This document shows, in pieces, positions 19,608 to 29,986 of a stretch of 64,000 nucleotides of DNA. The DNA is from an uncultured Pseudomonadota bacterium (GTDB taxonomy: Bacteria; Pseudomonadota; Alphaproteobacteria; JACZXZ01): the NCBI GenBank assembly GCA_963749075.1, contig CAVVLJ010000020.1:96001-160000 (forward strand). The letters run 5' to 3'. The position numbers and the translations under genes are program-made. Position 1 is the stretch's first letter. Each line of letters starts with the position of its first letter. Below the pieces are notes generated by a model. It had not been told where the DNA came from, did no database searches, and saw nothing but the letters and a program-made list of their open reading frames with translations.

Positions 19608-20443
19608 CGTGACCTCCCTGGTTCGAAGGCGTCCCTCGCGCGCCCGGGGCCGAAGCGGCTGCGGACGAGCTCCGCCACGACGAGAATGGCGGTCGAAAGT
19701 GCGATGAGAAGCGTCGAGACCGCGGCGATGGTCGGGCTGATCTCGAAGCGGATCGCCTCCCACATCACGCGCGGGAGCGTCATGGTCTCGGGGCCGGCGA
19801 GGAAGATCGAGATCACCACCTCGTCGAAGGAGATGAGGAAGGAGAAGAGGAGGGCCACCACCACGCTCGATCGGATGAGCGGCAGCGTCACCGCGAGGAA
19901 GGCGCGCACGCGGTTGGCGCCGAGGCCGACGGCCGCGTCCTCGAGCTGGCGGTCGCACTGCTCGAGCGACGCGCCGATCACGACCGTGGCATAGGGAAAG
20001 GCCACCACCATGTGGCCGAGCATGAGGCTCGCGAAGGTGCCGCTCAAGCCGAGCCGCACCATCATGTAGTAAAGCCCGGCCGCCAGCACGATGACCGGGA
20101 CCACGAGCGGCGCCATGATGAGGGCGTTGAGCGCCTGGCGGCCGGGAAAGCGGTAGCGCGTGAGCACGACGGCGGCACCGATGGCAAGCACCGTGGACGC
20201 AAGCGCCACCGCCGCCGCGAGCTCGAGGCTCATCCAGCTCGCGGCGATCCAGCGCGCGCTGCCGAAATAATCGCGGAACCAGCGCAGCGACCACTGCCGC
20301 GGCGGAAACTGCATGAAGGCCGAATTGTTGAAGGCGGTTGCGATCACCATGAGGAGCGGGCCGCCGAGGAAGGCGAGCACGAGGGCGACGAAGGCGCGGA
20401 GCGCCGCCGCCGCCGCGGCGAAGGGATCGAGGAGCGCCCTCAC
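19604..20443 (-). CDS. ABC permease, PotC-like
   Basis: LEDAAVGLGA EAA loop and SFLISFDEVVI. Confidence 0.9.
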   Translation of the reverse strand: MRALLDPFAAAAAALRAFVALVLAFLGGPLLMVIATAFNNSAFMQFPPRQWSLRWFRDYFGSARWIAASWMSLELAAAVALASTVLAIGAAVVLTRYRFPGRQALNALIMAPLVVPVIVLAAGLYYMMVRLGLSGTFASLMLGHMVVAFPYATVVIGASLEQCDRQLEDAAVGLGANRVRAFLAVTLPLIRSSVVVALLFSFLISFDEVVISIFLAGPETMTLPRVMWEAIRFEISPTIAAVSTLLIALSTAILVVAELVRSRFGPGRARDAFEPGRSR

Positions 20444-21363
20444 TTGACCGCCGCCCTCGACTGGAAGAGGCGGGAGAGGCCGATGCCGGCAAGCGCTAGG
20501 GCGAGGAGTGTGGCCGCCAGCGCCGAGCCGAGGCCCCAGTCGACCGTCTCGGTGAAGTAGGTGTCGACCTGCATGGCGATGGTGATCTCGTGGCTGCCGC
20601 CGAGAAGCGCCGGCGTCACGAAGAAGCCGAGCGCCACCACGAAGATGAGCGTCGCCGCCGCCCACACGCCCGGCATGCTGAGCGGCAGGAAGACCGCGGC
20701 GAATGCCTTGAGCGGGTCGGCGCCGAGGCCCTGGGCCGCCTTGAGCAGGCGGAGGTCGATGCGCTGCATGGCGGTATAGAGCACGAGGATGTTGACCGGC
20801 ACCAGGTAATGGACGAGGCCGATCAGCACGGAGGCGAGGTTGAAGAGAAGCGGCAGCGGCTGGGAGACGAGATGCAGCCAATCGACCAAGAGGGTATTGG
20901 CCGCGCCGTTCTTCTGCAGGATCAGGATCCAGGCGTAGCAGCGGATGAGGACGTTCGTCCAGAAGGGCACCAGGATGACGGCGAGCATGATGCTGCGCGT
21001 GAGCGGGCGCACGACGAGGAGCGTATAGGCGACGGGATAGCTCGCCGCCATGCTCGCGATCGCGCTCAGGATCGCGATCTTGAAGCTGATCCAGAAGACG
21101 AGGCCGTAGACGGGCACCGTCGCGATGCGCCGGTAGAATTCAAGGGTGAAGCCGGGCGCGAGGAAGCTCTGGCGCAGTATGAGGGCGACCGGCACCGCGA
21201 AGAAGACGGTCATGAGAAGGGCGCTCGGCAGTGCCAGGAGCGCCGGCCCCGCCCGCCTGGCGCAGCGGTCGGCGAGGCTCGCTCGCGGCGAAATCGCCCA
21301 GCCGCCGCCTGCGGAGGCCCCTCCGGCCGGCGAGGGACTTGCGGCTATTTCGCGAGCTTCCAC
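20440..21363 (-). CDS. ABC permease, PotB-like (start uncertain)
   Basis: VPFWTNVLIRCYAW, LLKAAQGLGA and FFVTPALLGG. Confidence 0.88.
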   Translation of the reverse strand: MEAREIAASPSPAGGASAGGGWAISPRASLADRCARRAGPALLALPSALLMTVFFAVPVALILRQSFLAPGFTLEFYRRIATVPVYGLVFWISFKIAILSAIASMAASYPVAYTLLVVRPLTRSIMLAVILVPFWTNVLIRCYAWILILQKNGAANTLLVDWLHLVSQPLPLLFNLASVLIGLVHYLVPVNILVLYTAMQRIDLRLLKAAQGLGADPLKAFAAVFLPLSMPGVWAAATLIFVVALGFFVTPALLGGSHEITIAMQVDTYFTETVDWGLGSALAATLLALALAGIGLSRLFQSRAAVK

Positions 21364-22409
21364 TGATTGAAGCGCTCGGTCAGCGCCACGATGTTCTCCG
21401 CCCAATAGGCGTCATTCCGCGGGATGAGCTCGCCCTTCTGGAAGTGGTAGGTGGGCAGCGCCTCGCGCGTCTTCTCGTCGAGCAAGTCGAGCGCCTTGAG
21501 GTTCGACGGGCCGATCTGGCTCGCGCGCGCGTGCTCGGCCTGGTGCTGGGCATCGAGCATCCAGCTCATGAGCTTGAAGGCGTTCGCCTTGTGCTTGGCG
21601 CCGTGCGGCACCGAGAGGTAGTCGGTGCTCATGAGGCCGGCCGGGCTCGGATTCCAGATTTGGTAGATCGGCGTCGAGCTGTCCTCGGCGAGGAGCTCGC
21701 GCACCACGTCGTGGGAGGTCTCGGTCGCGACATACTCGCCCGAGGCGAGCAGGCTCGCACCCTGCGGCCACTTGTCCCACCACACGATGTCGCCCTTGAT
21801 CTGCTCGAGACGCTTGAAGGCGCGCTCGACGTCGAGCGGATAGAGCTTGTCCGCCGGCACGCCGTCGGCCATGAGCGCCACCTCGAGCGTCTCGCGCGGC
21901 GAGTTGTACATGCCGCGCTTGCCGGGAAATTTCTTGAGATCGAAGAGATCCGCCCAGCTCGCCGGGCCCTTGCCGGCGGGGAAGGCCTTGGTGTTGTAGG
22001 CGAGCGTCGAGGCGAAGGTCTGCACCCCCACGCCGTATTTGCCCTTGATCGAATCGGGGATGCCGTCGGTCTTCACCGCGCCGTAGTCGATGGGCTCCCA
22101 GAGCGAGCCGCCGGTGGTCGCCTGGTTCTGCCAGAGGCCGAGCGCCTGCACGAGGTCCCATTCGACGTTGCCGCTGTCGACCATGGTCTTGATCTTGGCG
22201 AGGTTGAGGTCGGAGACCTCGACGACCTTGATCCCGGTCGCCTTGGTGAAGGCGTCGAAGTAGTAGGCGCGCTCGGACTTGAGGATGGGGCCGCCCCAGC
22301 CGCCGAAGATCACCACATCGTCCTCCGCCATCGCGGGGAGCGGGAGCGCCAGCGCGAGCGCCGCCGCGGCAAGTCGGAGCGTGCTGCGGCGTCGGATGAG
22401 GTGGGCCAT
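21345..22409 (-). CDS. ABC substrate-binding protein, PotD-like
   Basis: RR-type signal, GWGG, KIKTMVDSGNVEWD and LEVALMADGVP..LYPLDVERAF. Confidence 0.9.
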   Translation of the reverse strand: MAHLIRRRSTLRLAAAALALALPLPAMAEDDVVIFGGWGGPILKSERAYYFDAFTKATGIKVVEVSDLNLAKIKTMVDSGNVEWDLVQALGLWQNQATTGGSLWEPIDYGAVKTDGIPDSIKGKYGVGVQTFASTLAYNTKAFPAGKGPASWADLFDLKKFPGKRGMYNSPRETLEVALMADGVPADKLYPLDVERAFKRLEQIKGDIVWWDKWPQGASLLASGEYVATETSHDVVRELLAEDSSTPIYQIWNPSPAGLMSTDYLSVPHGAKHKANAFKLMSWMLDAQHQAEHARASQIGPSNLKALDLLDEKTREALPTYHFQKGELIPRNDAYWAENIVALTERFNQWKLAK

Positions 22410-22422
22410 GACGGTTCCTTTC

Positions 22423-24547
22423 CTAGGATGCGCCGGGTGCGGCGCCGCGGCGGACGACGAGCGCATCCACCGCCAGCGCGCGCCCCGTGCGCGGATCGAG
22501 GATGAGCGGGTTGAGATCGATCTCCTCGATCTCCTCGCCGAGCTCGGAGAGGAGATCGTCCAGGCGGAGGAGGAGGGGTGCGAGGACGGAGGCCGCATCC
22601 AAGCGGCACTCGCCCCGCTTCTCGAGGATGCGCCCGAGGGCCGGCACCTCCGCGATCATGGCGCGCGCATCGAGCTCGTCGATCGGTGCCACGCGCAGCG
22701 AGAAGGCGCGGATCGCCTCGACCAGGCCGCCGCCGAGGCCGAAGAGGAGGGTGTGGCCGAACTGCGCGTCGCGCTTGCTGCCGAGGATGACCTCGATGCC
22801 GCCCTCGACCATGGGCTGCACGAGGATGCCCTCGAGGCGCGCCCCTGGTGCTCTGCGGGCGACGGACTCGCGGATGCGGGCGAAGGCGCGGCGGAGCTCG
22901 TCGGCCGAGCGCAGCATCAGCTCGACGCCGCCCGCCTCGGCCTTGTGCGGGATATCGGCGGAGACGACCTTGGCCGCGACTGGATAGCCGAGTGCCTCTG
23001 CGGCCGCCACGGCCTCCTCGGGCGTGGTCGCGAGGCGCTCCGCCACGACGGGGAGGCCATAGAGCTCGAGCAGCGACTTGCTCGCGTGCTCGGCAAGCGT
23101 CCGACCCTGGCCGTCAAGGAGCTTCTGCGCCTTCTCGCGCCGCGCCGCATCGGATGACGGCGGCCTCGCCGCAGCTGCCGGCCGCAGGTGAAAGTCGATG
23201 AAGGCCTTGATCGCGCGCATGCCCGGCCCCATGCCCTGGAGATAGGGCACCCCCGCCTTGGCCAGGACTGCGGCCACCTCGGGATGCGGCGGCCGCGAGA
23301 AGTTGTTGAGGAAGACGAAGCTCTTGTCGCTCTCTTGCGAGAATCTCGGCGATGGCCTGGGCCGAGGGCAGGTCGTAGACCGCGGGGCTGTCCTGGGAGG
23401 CCATGACCACGCCGATCTCGGGCTCGGCCGCAAGGAGGCGGAGCGAGCGGCGGAACACCTCGACGCGGTCGAGATGGCTGCCCGCCACGTCGATCGGATT
23501 CTGCTTGGGGCCGAACCAGGGAATGATCTCGGCGAGCGCCTGCCTTCCCTTATCCGAGAGCGGCGGCACCTCGATGCCGCACTCGACCGCGTGATCGAGC
23601 ACGAGCGCGTTCTCGCCGCCGGAGACGCCGAGGAAGCCGAGCCCGCCCGTCTTGGGCGGCCGGCCGTGGCGAAAGATCTCGATCGCCTCCATCCACTCGT
23701 CGAGGCTGTCGCAAAGCGTGATGCCCTTCTGGCGGAAAAGCGCGCTCTGCACCTCGTAGGAGCCGGCGAGGCTCGCGGTATGGGCGGCGCTGGTGGCGCG
23801 GCCCGCGGCGGTGCGGCCGGCCTTGATGAGGATGATCGGCTTCCCCGCACGCCGCGCGTTCTCCGCGGCCTCGACGAAGCGCTGCGGCTTGTTGACGCCC
23901 TCGAGATAGGCGGCGAGCACGCGGCTCTTGGGATCGTCGACGAAATGCTGGAGGTAGTCGGCCGCGGCCACGCCGACCTCGTTGCCGGAGGAGATGATGT
24001 AGCTGAAGCCGATGGGCTTCTCGCCGCGCACGAGCGCCACCACCACGGTGCCGCTCTGGGCGACCACCGCCACGTCGCCCGGGATGAGGTGCTTGGGCGA
24101 GGTGCTGTGGTAGCCGGCGACGCGGTCCTGCACGTTGATCACGCCGAGGCAGTTGGGGCCGCAGAGCAGCATGCCGCTCGCCTCGATGAAGGCCTTGAGT
24201 GCCGCCTGGCGCTGCCGCCCGACCTCGCCCGCCTCGGCGAAGCCGCTCGACATCACGACCGCGGCCGGCACGCCCGCGGCGTGCGCCTCCTCGAGCACGC
24301 TGAGCACGCGCTCGCTCGGAATCCCCACCACGACAAGATCGACCCGCTCCGGCAGGGCCTTGAGGCTCGGATAGCAGGGCAGATTCATCACGCTCTGGTA
24401 TTTGGGATTGACCGGGTAGATGCCGCCCTTGAACTCGAGCTCGAGCAGGTTGCGGATGGCGCCGTTCACCCGGCCGTCTTTCTGCGAGGCACCGACGATC
24501 GCCACCGACCGCGGAGAAAGCAGCGCCTTGAGATCCGTCTTCGCCAA
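22423..24547 (-). CDS. Acetate/acyl-CoA ligase (ADP-forming) family, frameshifted near 23335
   Basis: N-terminal PRSVAIVGAS, GPNCLG, SSGNE and AHTASLAG in one frame. ATP-grasp part IPHKAEAGGV...LVQPMV...DLNPL in another. The junction is at a short AG run. Confidence 0.88.
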
Positions 24548-24692
24548 TCCCCGACCCGTTCCGTCCGCTTGCGGACTTTCTTTCTTGGTGCGCAGCGGCC
24601 GTTCTCTCGCATGTTCGGCTGAGAGAGTCAATTGCACCGCCGCCGGGCGGCGCGAGCGATCCCGGGCCCTAGATGCGGCCGCCCGACCGCTC

Positions 24693-24711
24693 ACAATTTA
24701 TTTCAAATTGT
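24693..24711. promoter_or_regulatory. Operator-like palindrome ACAATTT-ATTTC-AAATTGT
   Basis: Perfect 7-bp arms in the only AT-rich patch of a divergent intergenic region. Confidence 0.55.
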
Positions 24712-24850
24712 TACTGGTCATCGCGCGCCGGCTCGTATAAGACCGACCGTGGGGAGCTAGCTGGCCCGATGAGAGGTCAGGCGCACCTCGCGGGGAGTCC
24801 GACAGGGAGCCTCGATCCTGAGAACGAAAAACGTCGCCACAGGGGAGACG

Positions 24851-25432
24851 ATGATGGCGAGGACCGATGAAGCCGGCCGCAGCGGCCGCGCGGGACGTTT
24901 GCAACGGCGCAGCCTGCTCAAGCTCGGAGCCTATGCCGCAGCCCTCCTCCTTCCCATGCCGGCGCTCGCGCGCGCGGCGCCGGGGAGCGCAGAGCGAACC
25001 CTCAAGCTCTACAATCTGCACACCGGCGAGCAGCTCAAGGCCACCTTCTGGGCGGCGGGCAGATATCTGCCCGACGCGCAGGCGGAGATCGACCGCATCC
25101 TGCGCGACCATTATTCCGACGAGGTGACGCAGATCGATCCGGCATTGCTCGATCTCCTCTACCGCATCCAGAGCGGGGTCGGCGCCGCGCGGGGGCTCGA
25201 CGTGGTGTGCGGCTACCGCTCGCCCGCGACCAATGCCGAGCTCGTGCGCGAGGGCCGCGTGCACGCGCGCAACAGCTACCACATCAGCGGCCAGGCGCTC
25301 GACTTCCGGGTCCAGGGCCGCGATCTGCGCGGCGTGCGCAAGCTCGCCATGAGCTTGAGGGGCGGCGGCGTCGGCTATTATCCGCGCTCCCACTTCATCC
25401 ACGTGGACGTGGGGCCGCTGCGCCACTGGTAG
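24851..25432 (+). CDS. YcbK/DUF882 (MepK-like) peptidase M15 family, Tat-exported
   Basis: RRSLLK Tat motif, LYNLHTGE, GYRS, SYHISGQALD and FIHVDVG. Confidence 0.9.
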   Translation: MMARTDEAGRSGRAGRLQRRSLLKLGAYAAALLLPMPALARAAPGSAERTLKLYNLHTGEQLKATFWAAGRYLPDAQAEIDRILRDHYSDEVTQIDPALLDLLYRIQSGVGAARGLDVVCGYRSPATNAELVREGRVHARNSYHISGQALDFRVQGRDLRGVRKLAMSLRGGGVGYYPRSHFIHVDVGPLRHW

Positions 25433-25461
25433 CGCTGCGAGAGGCTTGCGCGCGGGCCTGG

Positions 25462-26109
25462 TCAGAGCAGCCGCGCCACCGCGAGGAAGTCCGCGATGCG
25501 CGCCGGGTCCTTGTGGCCCGGGCGGTCCTCGACGCCCGAGGAGACGTCGACGACCGTGGCTCCGCTCGTGGCTACCGCCTCCGCCAGGTTCCCGGGCGTG
25601 AGCCCGCCCGAGAGCATCCACGGCTTGGACCAGCGCTGCCCGGCGATGAGGCGCCAATCGAAGCTCAGCGCATTGCCGCCCGGGAGTGCCGCGGTCATTG
25701 CCGCGGGCGGCTTGGCGTCGAAGAGCAGCCAGTCGGCGACGCCCTCGTAGTGCTTCGCCTCGCCCACGTCCTCAGCGGCTGCGATGCGGATCGCCTTCAT
25801 GACCGGCACGGCAAAGCGCTCCCTGATGGCGGCGACGCGCTCCGGCGTCTCGCCGCCGTGGAGCTGCAGGAGCTCGAGGCCTGCGGTGGCGATGGTCTCG
25901 CCGAGCGTGCCGTCGTCGGCATCGACGAAAAGCCCGACGCGCTTGATGGTCGGCGGCAGCCTTGCCGCGAGGGCCGCCGCCGTCTCGGCCGTGACGTGGC
26001 GCGGCGAAGGCGGATAGAAGACGAAGCCCACGAAGGCGGCACCACAGGCCGCGGCGGCGGCCGCGGCGACGCTGCTGTTGACCCCGCAGATCTTGGCTTT
26101 CACGCTCAT
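25462..26109 (-). CDS. trpF: Phosphoribosylanthranilate isomerase
   Basis: KICG, FYPPSPR, LQLHGGE, LLFDA and VDVSSGVE. Confidence 0.95.
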   Translation of the reverse strand: MSVKAKICGVNSSVAAAAAAACGAAFVGFVFYPPSPRHVTAETAAALAARLPPTIKRVGLFVDADDGTLGETIATAGLELLQLHGGETPERVAAIRERFAVPVMKAIRIAAAEDVGEAKHYEGVADWLLFDAKPPAAMTAALPGGNALSFDWRLIAGQRWSKPWMLSGGLTPGNLAEAVATSGATVVDVSSGVEDRPGHKDPARIADFLAVARLL

Positions 26110-26152
26110 GAGGCGCTCTCTATAGCAGAGCGCCGCTGCCCGGCGAAGCGCC

Positions 26153-27094
26153 TCAGCCGCCGGTCCTCTCGAGCACGAGCTCGGCCGCGGCGAGGTCCTC
26201 GAGTGCTGCACCCACGGACTTGAAGAGGGTGATCTCGCCGTCGCTGCCGCGGCCCGGCCGCTCGCCGCGGCAGAGCTGGTAGAGATCGCCGGCAATGGCC
26301 GCCTCGCTGAGGGTGCCATTCGCGAGCGGCTGCACGATGTCGCCGGCCTCCTTGGCGGCGCCCGCGCGGGTGTCGACGAAGACGCGGGCGCGGCGGACCG
26401 CCTCGTCGTCGGCTTCGCGCATGGCGGGCGTGTAGCCGCCGACGAGGTCGAGATGCTGACCGGGCCTGAGCCAGCGTCCGCGGACGAGGGGCTCGAGCGT
26501 CATGGTGGCGCAGGAGATGACGTCCGCTTCCGTGACGGCTCTTTCGAGATCGCCCGCCGCGCTCACGGCAAGGCCGGGCCGCGTCAGGCGCTCGGCAAGT
26601 GCCGCCGCCTTCTCGGGATGGCGGCCCCAGATCGCCACCTCGCGGAGCGGCCGCACCGTGCCGTGGGCGCGCACGAGGTGAGGTGCCAAGGCGCCGGTGC
26701 CGACCATGAGGAGGCGGGCGGCATCCTTGCGCGCGAGATAGCTCGCGGCGAGTGCCGAGGCGCAGGCGGTGCGCTTCACCGTCAGGCTGGGGGCGTCGAT
26801 CAGCGCCAGCACGCGGCCGCTCTCGCCGTCGAGCAGGACGTAGATGCCCGCGACGCTGGGCTTGCCCTTGGCCGCGTTGCCGGGAAAGACGGTGACGAGC
26901 TTGATGCCGATGTGGCGGCCCTCCTGCCAGGCGGGCATGAAGAGGAGCGTCGCATCGGCAGCGCCCGGCACTTTGACCGTCTCGTGGGTGCGCAGCGGCA
27001 TCACGCAGCCGGCGCTGAACATCCGCCGCAGCCGCTCGATCAGGCTCGCCTCCTCGAGTGCCGCCTCGACCTCGGCCGCGGTCACCGTGCGCAT
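26153..27094 (-). CDS. Ornithine cyclodeaminase/mu-crystallin family
   Basis: MPAW, KLVTVFPGN, RTACASALA and FKSVGAALEDL. Confidence 0.92.
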   Translation of the reverse strand: MRTVTAAEVEAALEEASLIERLRRMFSAGCVMPLRTHETVKVPGAADATLLFMPAWQEGRHIGIKLVTVFPGNAAKGKPSVAGIYVLLDGESGRVLALIDAPSLTVKRTACASALAASYLARKDAARLLMVGTGALAPHLVRAHGTVRPLREVAIWGRHPEKAAALAERLTRPGLAVSAAGDLERAVTEADVISCATMTLEPLVRGRWLRPGQHLDLVGGYTPAMREADDEAVRRARVFVDTRAGAAKEAGDIVQPLANGTLSEAAIAGDLYQLCRGERPGRGSDGEITLFKSVGAALEDLAAAELVLERTGG

Positions 27095-27121
27095 GGTTTC
27101 GTCTCCCGAGACGGCGCGTGC

Positions 27122-27484
27122 TCAGCCGGCGCGCGGCAGCGCGGGAAGGGTCGCCGAGGGAGAGGCGCCGGGTGCCGCGCCGGATGGAGCGGGCGGGGGC
27201 GGCGGGGCGCTGCGCCGCGCCTCGGCGAGCTCCTCCTTGAGGCGCCGGGCTTCCGCCTCGGCCAGGCGCGCGCGCCGTCGCGTCCGGCGGCCCGCGATCC
27301 AGGCGCCGATGCCGCCGAGGACGAAGCCGAGCACGAGGCTCGCGAAGACCCCGCCGTAGAGCGGCAGCTCGAGGGCGAAGGGGAACGGCTCGAGACGCAA
27401 GCTGACCGGCGCGCGGTTGGAGACGGCAAAGAGCACGAGGACGAGCGCCGTTAGGGCGCCGGCGAGCCAGGAGATCAGCTTCAT
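27122..27484 (-). CDS. lapA: LPS assembly protein A (LapA/DUF1049)
   Basis: FAVSNR..V.L...PF and two TM segments, directly downstream of ihfB. Confidence 0.8.
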   Translation of the reverse strand: MKLISWLAGALTALVLVLFAVSNRAPVSLRLEPFPFALELPLYGGVFASLVLGFVLGGIGAWIAGRRTRRRARLAEAEARRLKEELAEARRSAPPPPPAPSGAAPGASPSATLPALPRAG

Positions 27485-27526
27485 GACCCTGCCCTCGAGC
27501 AGGTGACGGGGAAGCGCGCGTGTGCG

Positions 27527-27817
27527 CTATTTCTTGCCATTGAGCCGCTCGCGCAGCTCCTTGCCGGTCTTGAAGAAGGGGATGTGCTTCTCGCTCACCG
27601 CCACCGCCTCGCCCGTGCGCGGGTTGCGGCCGAGGCGCGAGCCGCGCTTCTTGACCGAGAAGGCGCCGAACCCGCGCAGCTCGACGCGGTCGCCCGCCGC
27701 GAGTGCCGCCGAGATTTCGTCGAAGATTGTAGAGACGATGCGTTCGACATCCCGCTGGTAGAGGTGCGGATTGCGCTCGGCGATGCGCAGGATCAACTCC
27801 GACTTGGTCATCGACAT
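27527..27817 (-). CDS. ihfB: Integration host factor beta
   Basis: MTKSELI...[11 protein letters not shown]...GRNPRTGE...[13 protein letters not shown]. Confidence 0.97.
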   Translation of the reverse strand: MSMTKSELILRIAERNPHLYQRDVERIVSTIFDEISAALAAGDRVELRGFGAFSVKKRGSRLGRNPRTGEAVAVSEKHIPFFKTGKELRERLNGKK

Positions 27818-27998
27818 CGACCCCCCTTCCCGGACCTTGTCTTGACCGAAGCGTGCCAAGTTTTGCGAAGCGTGCCAGAGCGGGCCCCGGCCGTCAAGGG
27901 TAAGTCTCTAAGAATACGAGACTTTTTCGCCTGAGCCGCGGCCGAAATCCGCTCGCATTTGCTCTCGTTTTGTGCAAGGGCGGCGGCTGCGGGCAGGC

Positions 27999-28037
27999 AA
28001 AAGCAAAGGGCGCGCCGCCCGGGAAGGCGGCGCGCCC
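27999..28037 (-). terminator. Intrinsic terminator of rpsA
   Basis: GGGCGCGCCGCC/GGCGGCGCGCCC 12-bp stem followed by TTTGCTTTT on the minus strand. Confidence 0.8.
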
Positions 28038-28065
28038 GATCTCTCCCGCGCGGTGCCGGCGGACG

Positions 28066-29862
28066 CTATTCCTTGGCCTCCTCCTCCTCCTCCTCGGCGC
28101 CGCCTTCCCCCTCGGCGCTGCCTTCCTCCTCGGCGTCGTCATTGTCCTTCGCCTTGGCGGCGCGCTCCTTGGTGGCGCGCGTGAGCGCCGCACCCAGGAT
28201 GTCGCCGAGCGAGGCGCCGCTGTCGGACGAGCCGTACTGCGCCATGGCCTGCTTGTCCTCCTCGATCTCCCGCACCTTGATCGAGAGGCTGTAGCGCCGC
28301 GTGGCGCGGTCGATGCTGGTCACCTTGGCGTCCACCTTCTCGCCGACCGCGAAGCGGTCCGGGCGCTGGTCGACGCGGTCGCGCGAGAGCTCGGCCTTGC
28401 GGATGAAGCCGGTGGCGCCGTCGGCGACGGCGACCTCGATGCCGCTGTCCATCACCTTGGTGATCGTGCAGGTGACCACGTCGCCCTTCTTGATGGCGGT
28501 GGCCGCGCGCTCGAAGGGATCGTCGGTGAGCTGCTTGATGCCGAGCGAGATGCGTTCCTTCTCGATGTCGACGTCGAGCACCCGCACCTTCACCCGGTCG
28601 CCCTTCTTGTAGTCCTTGATCGCCTCCTCGCCCGGTCGGTTCCAGTCGAGGTCGGAGAGATGCACCATGCCGTCGATCTCGCCGGGCAGGCCGACGAAGA
28701 GGCCGAACTCGGTGATGTTCCTGATCTCGCCCTCGAGCTCGCTGCGCGCCGGGTGCTGCTCGAGGAAGGACTCCCACGGGTTCTCGAGGCACTGCTTCAA
28801 GCCGAGCGAGATGCGGCGCTTCTGGGGGTCCACGTCGAGCACCATCACCTCGACCTCCTGGCTCGTCGAGATGATCTTGCCCGGATGCACGTTCTTCTTG
28901 GTCCAGCTCATCTCGGAGACGTGGACCAGGCCCTCGATGCCGGGCTCGAGCTCGACGAAGGCGCCGTAGTCGGTGATGTTGGTGACGCGCCCCTTGAACT
29001 TGGTGCCGACCGGGTACTTGAGGGCGACGCCCTCCCACGGATCGGCCTCGAGCTGCTTCATGCCGAGCGAGATGCGCTGGGTCTCAGGGTTGAAGCGGAT
29101 GACCTGCACGTCGACGTTCTGGCCGATGTGCAGCGCCTCCGAGGGATGGTTGATGCGGCGCCAGGCGATGTCGGTCACGTGGAGGAGGCCGTCGACGCCG
29201 CCCAGATCGACGAAGGCGCCGTAATCGGTGATGTTCTTGACGACGCCCTTCAAGACCTGGCCTTCCTTGAGGTTGGCCACGAGCTCGGAGCGCGCCTCGG
29301 CGCGCGTCTCCTCGAGCACGGCGCGGCGGGAGACCACGATGTTGCCGCGCTGGCGGTCCATCTTGAGGATCTGGAAGGGCTGCGGCTGACCCATGAGCGG
29401 GGAGACGTCGCGCACCGGGCGGATGTCGACCTGGCTGCCGGGCAGGAAGGCGACGGCGCCGTTGAGGTCGACCGTGAAGCCGCCCTTGACGCGCCCGAAG
29501 ATCACGCCGGTGACGCGCTGGTTCTCCTTGAAGGCCTTCTCGAGCTGGGTCCAGGCCTCCTCGCGCCGCGCCTTCTCGCGGCTCAAGACCGCCTCGCCGT
29601 TCTTGTCCTCGATGCGCTCGACGTAGACGTCGATGCGGTCGCCGATCTCGACCTTGCCGCTTGCGCCGTGGCCGCCGAACTCCTTGAGCGGCACGCGGCC
29701 CTCGGCCTTGAGGCCCACGTCGACCAGCGCATAGTCGCCCTCGACGCCGACCACGCGGCCCTTGACGACGGTATGCTCGAAGGTCTCGGTGCTCTTGAGG
29801 CTCTCCTCGAGAAGGGCGGCGAAGCTTTCCTCGCCTGCCGCACGGGTCATGGTCTCTGCCAT
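28066..29862 (-). CDS. rpsA: 30S ribosomal protein S1
   Basis: Six S1 repeats (NITDYGAFV, LVHVSEMSW) and YGSSDSGASLGDIL. Confidence 0.98.
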   Translation of the reverse strand: MAETMTRAAGEESFAALLEESLKSTETFEHTVVKGRVVGVEGDYALVDVGLKAEGRVPLKEFGGHGASGKVEIGDRIDVYVERIEDKNGEAVLSREKARREEAWTQLEKAFKENQRVTGVIFGRVKGGFTVDLNGAVAFLPGSQVDIRPVRDVSPLMGQPQPFQILKMDRQRGNIVVSRRAVLEETRAEARSELVANLKEGQVLKGVVKNITDYGAFVDLGGVDGLLHVTDIAWRRINHPSEALHIGQNVDVQVIRFNPETQRISLGMKQLEADPWEGVALKYPVGTKFKGRVTNITDYGAFVELEPGIEGLVHVSEMSWTKKNVHPGKIISTSQEVEVMVLDVDPQKRRISLGLKQCLENPWESFLEQHPARSELEGEIRNITEFGLFVGLPGEIDGMVHLSDLDWNRPGEEAIKDYKKGDRVKVRVLDVDIEKERISLGIKQLTDDPFERAATAIKKGDVVTCTITKVMDSGIEVAVADGATGFIRKAELSRDRVDQRPDRFAVGEKVDAKVTSIDRATRRYSLSIKVREIEEDKQAMAQYGSSDSGASLGDILGAALTRATKERAAKAKDNDDAEEEGSAEGEGGAEEEEEEAKE

Positions 29863-29986
29863 CAAATTCTCCAATCGTCGTTCATGTTTCCGGCCGGCCG
29901 GTTGCATCCGGCGGTCTTTCACAAGTTGCCTGTGCGCTCGCCCGCGTGCGCGTCGCGGGCGTCTCCGTCATCGAGGCGAGGTCCGC

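Noticed and set aside
24740-24850. Riboswitch or ribozyme in the ycbK-like leader
   Set aside because: Some pairing potential, but no family consensus could be matched. CCGATGAG is not the hammerhead CTGATGA core. An Rfam search would be needed.
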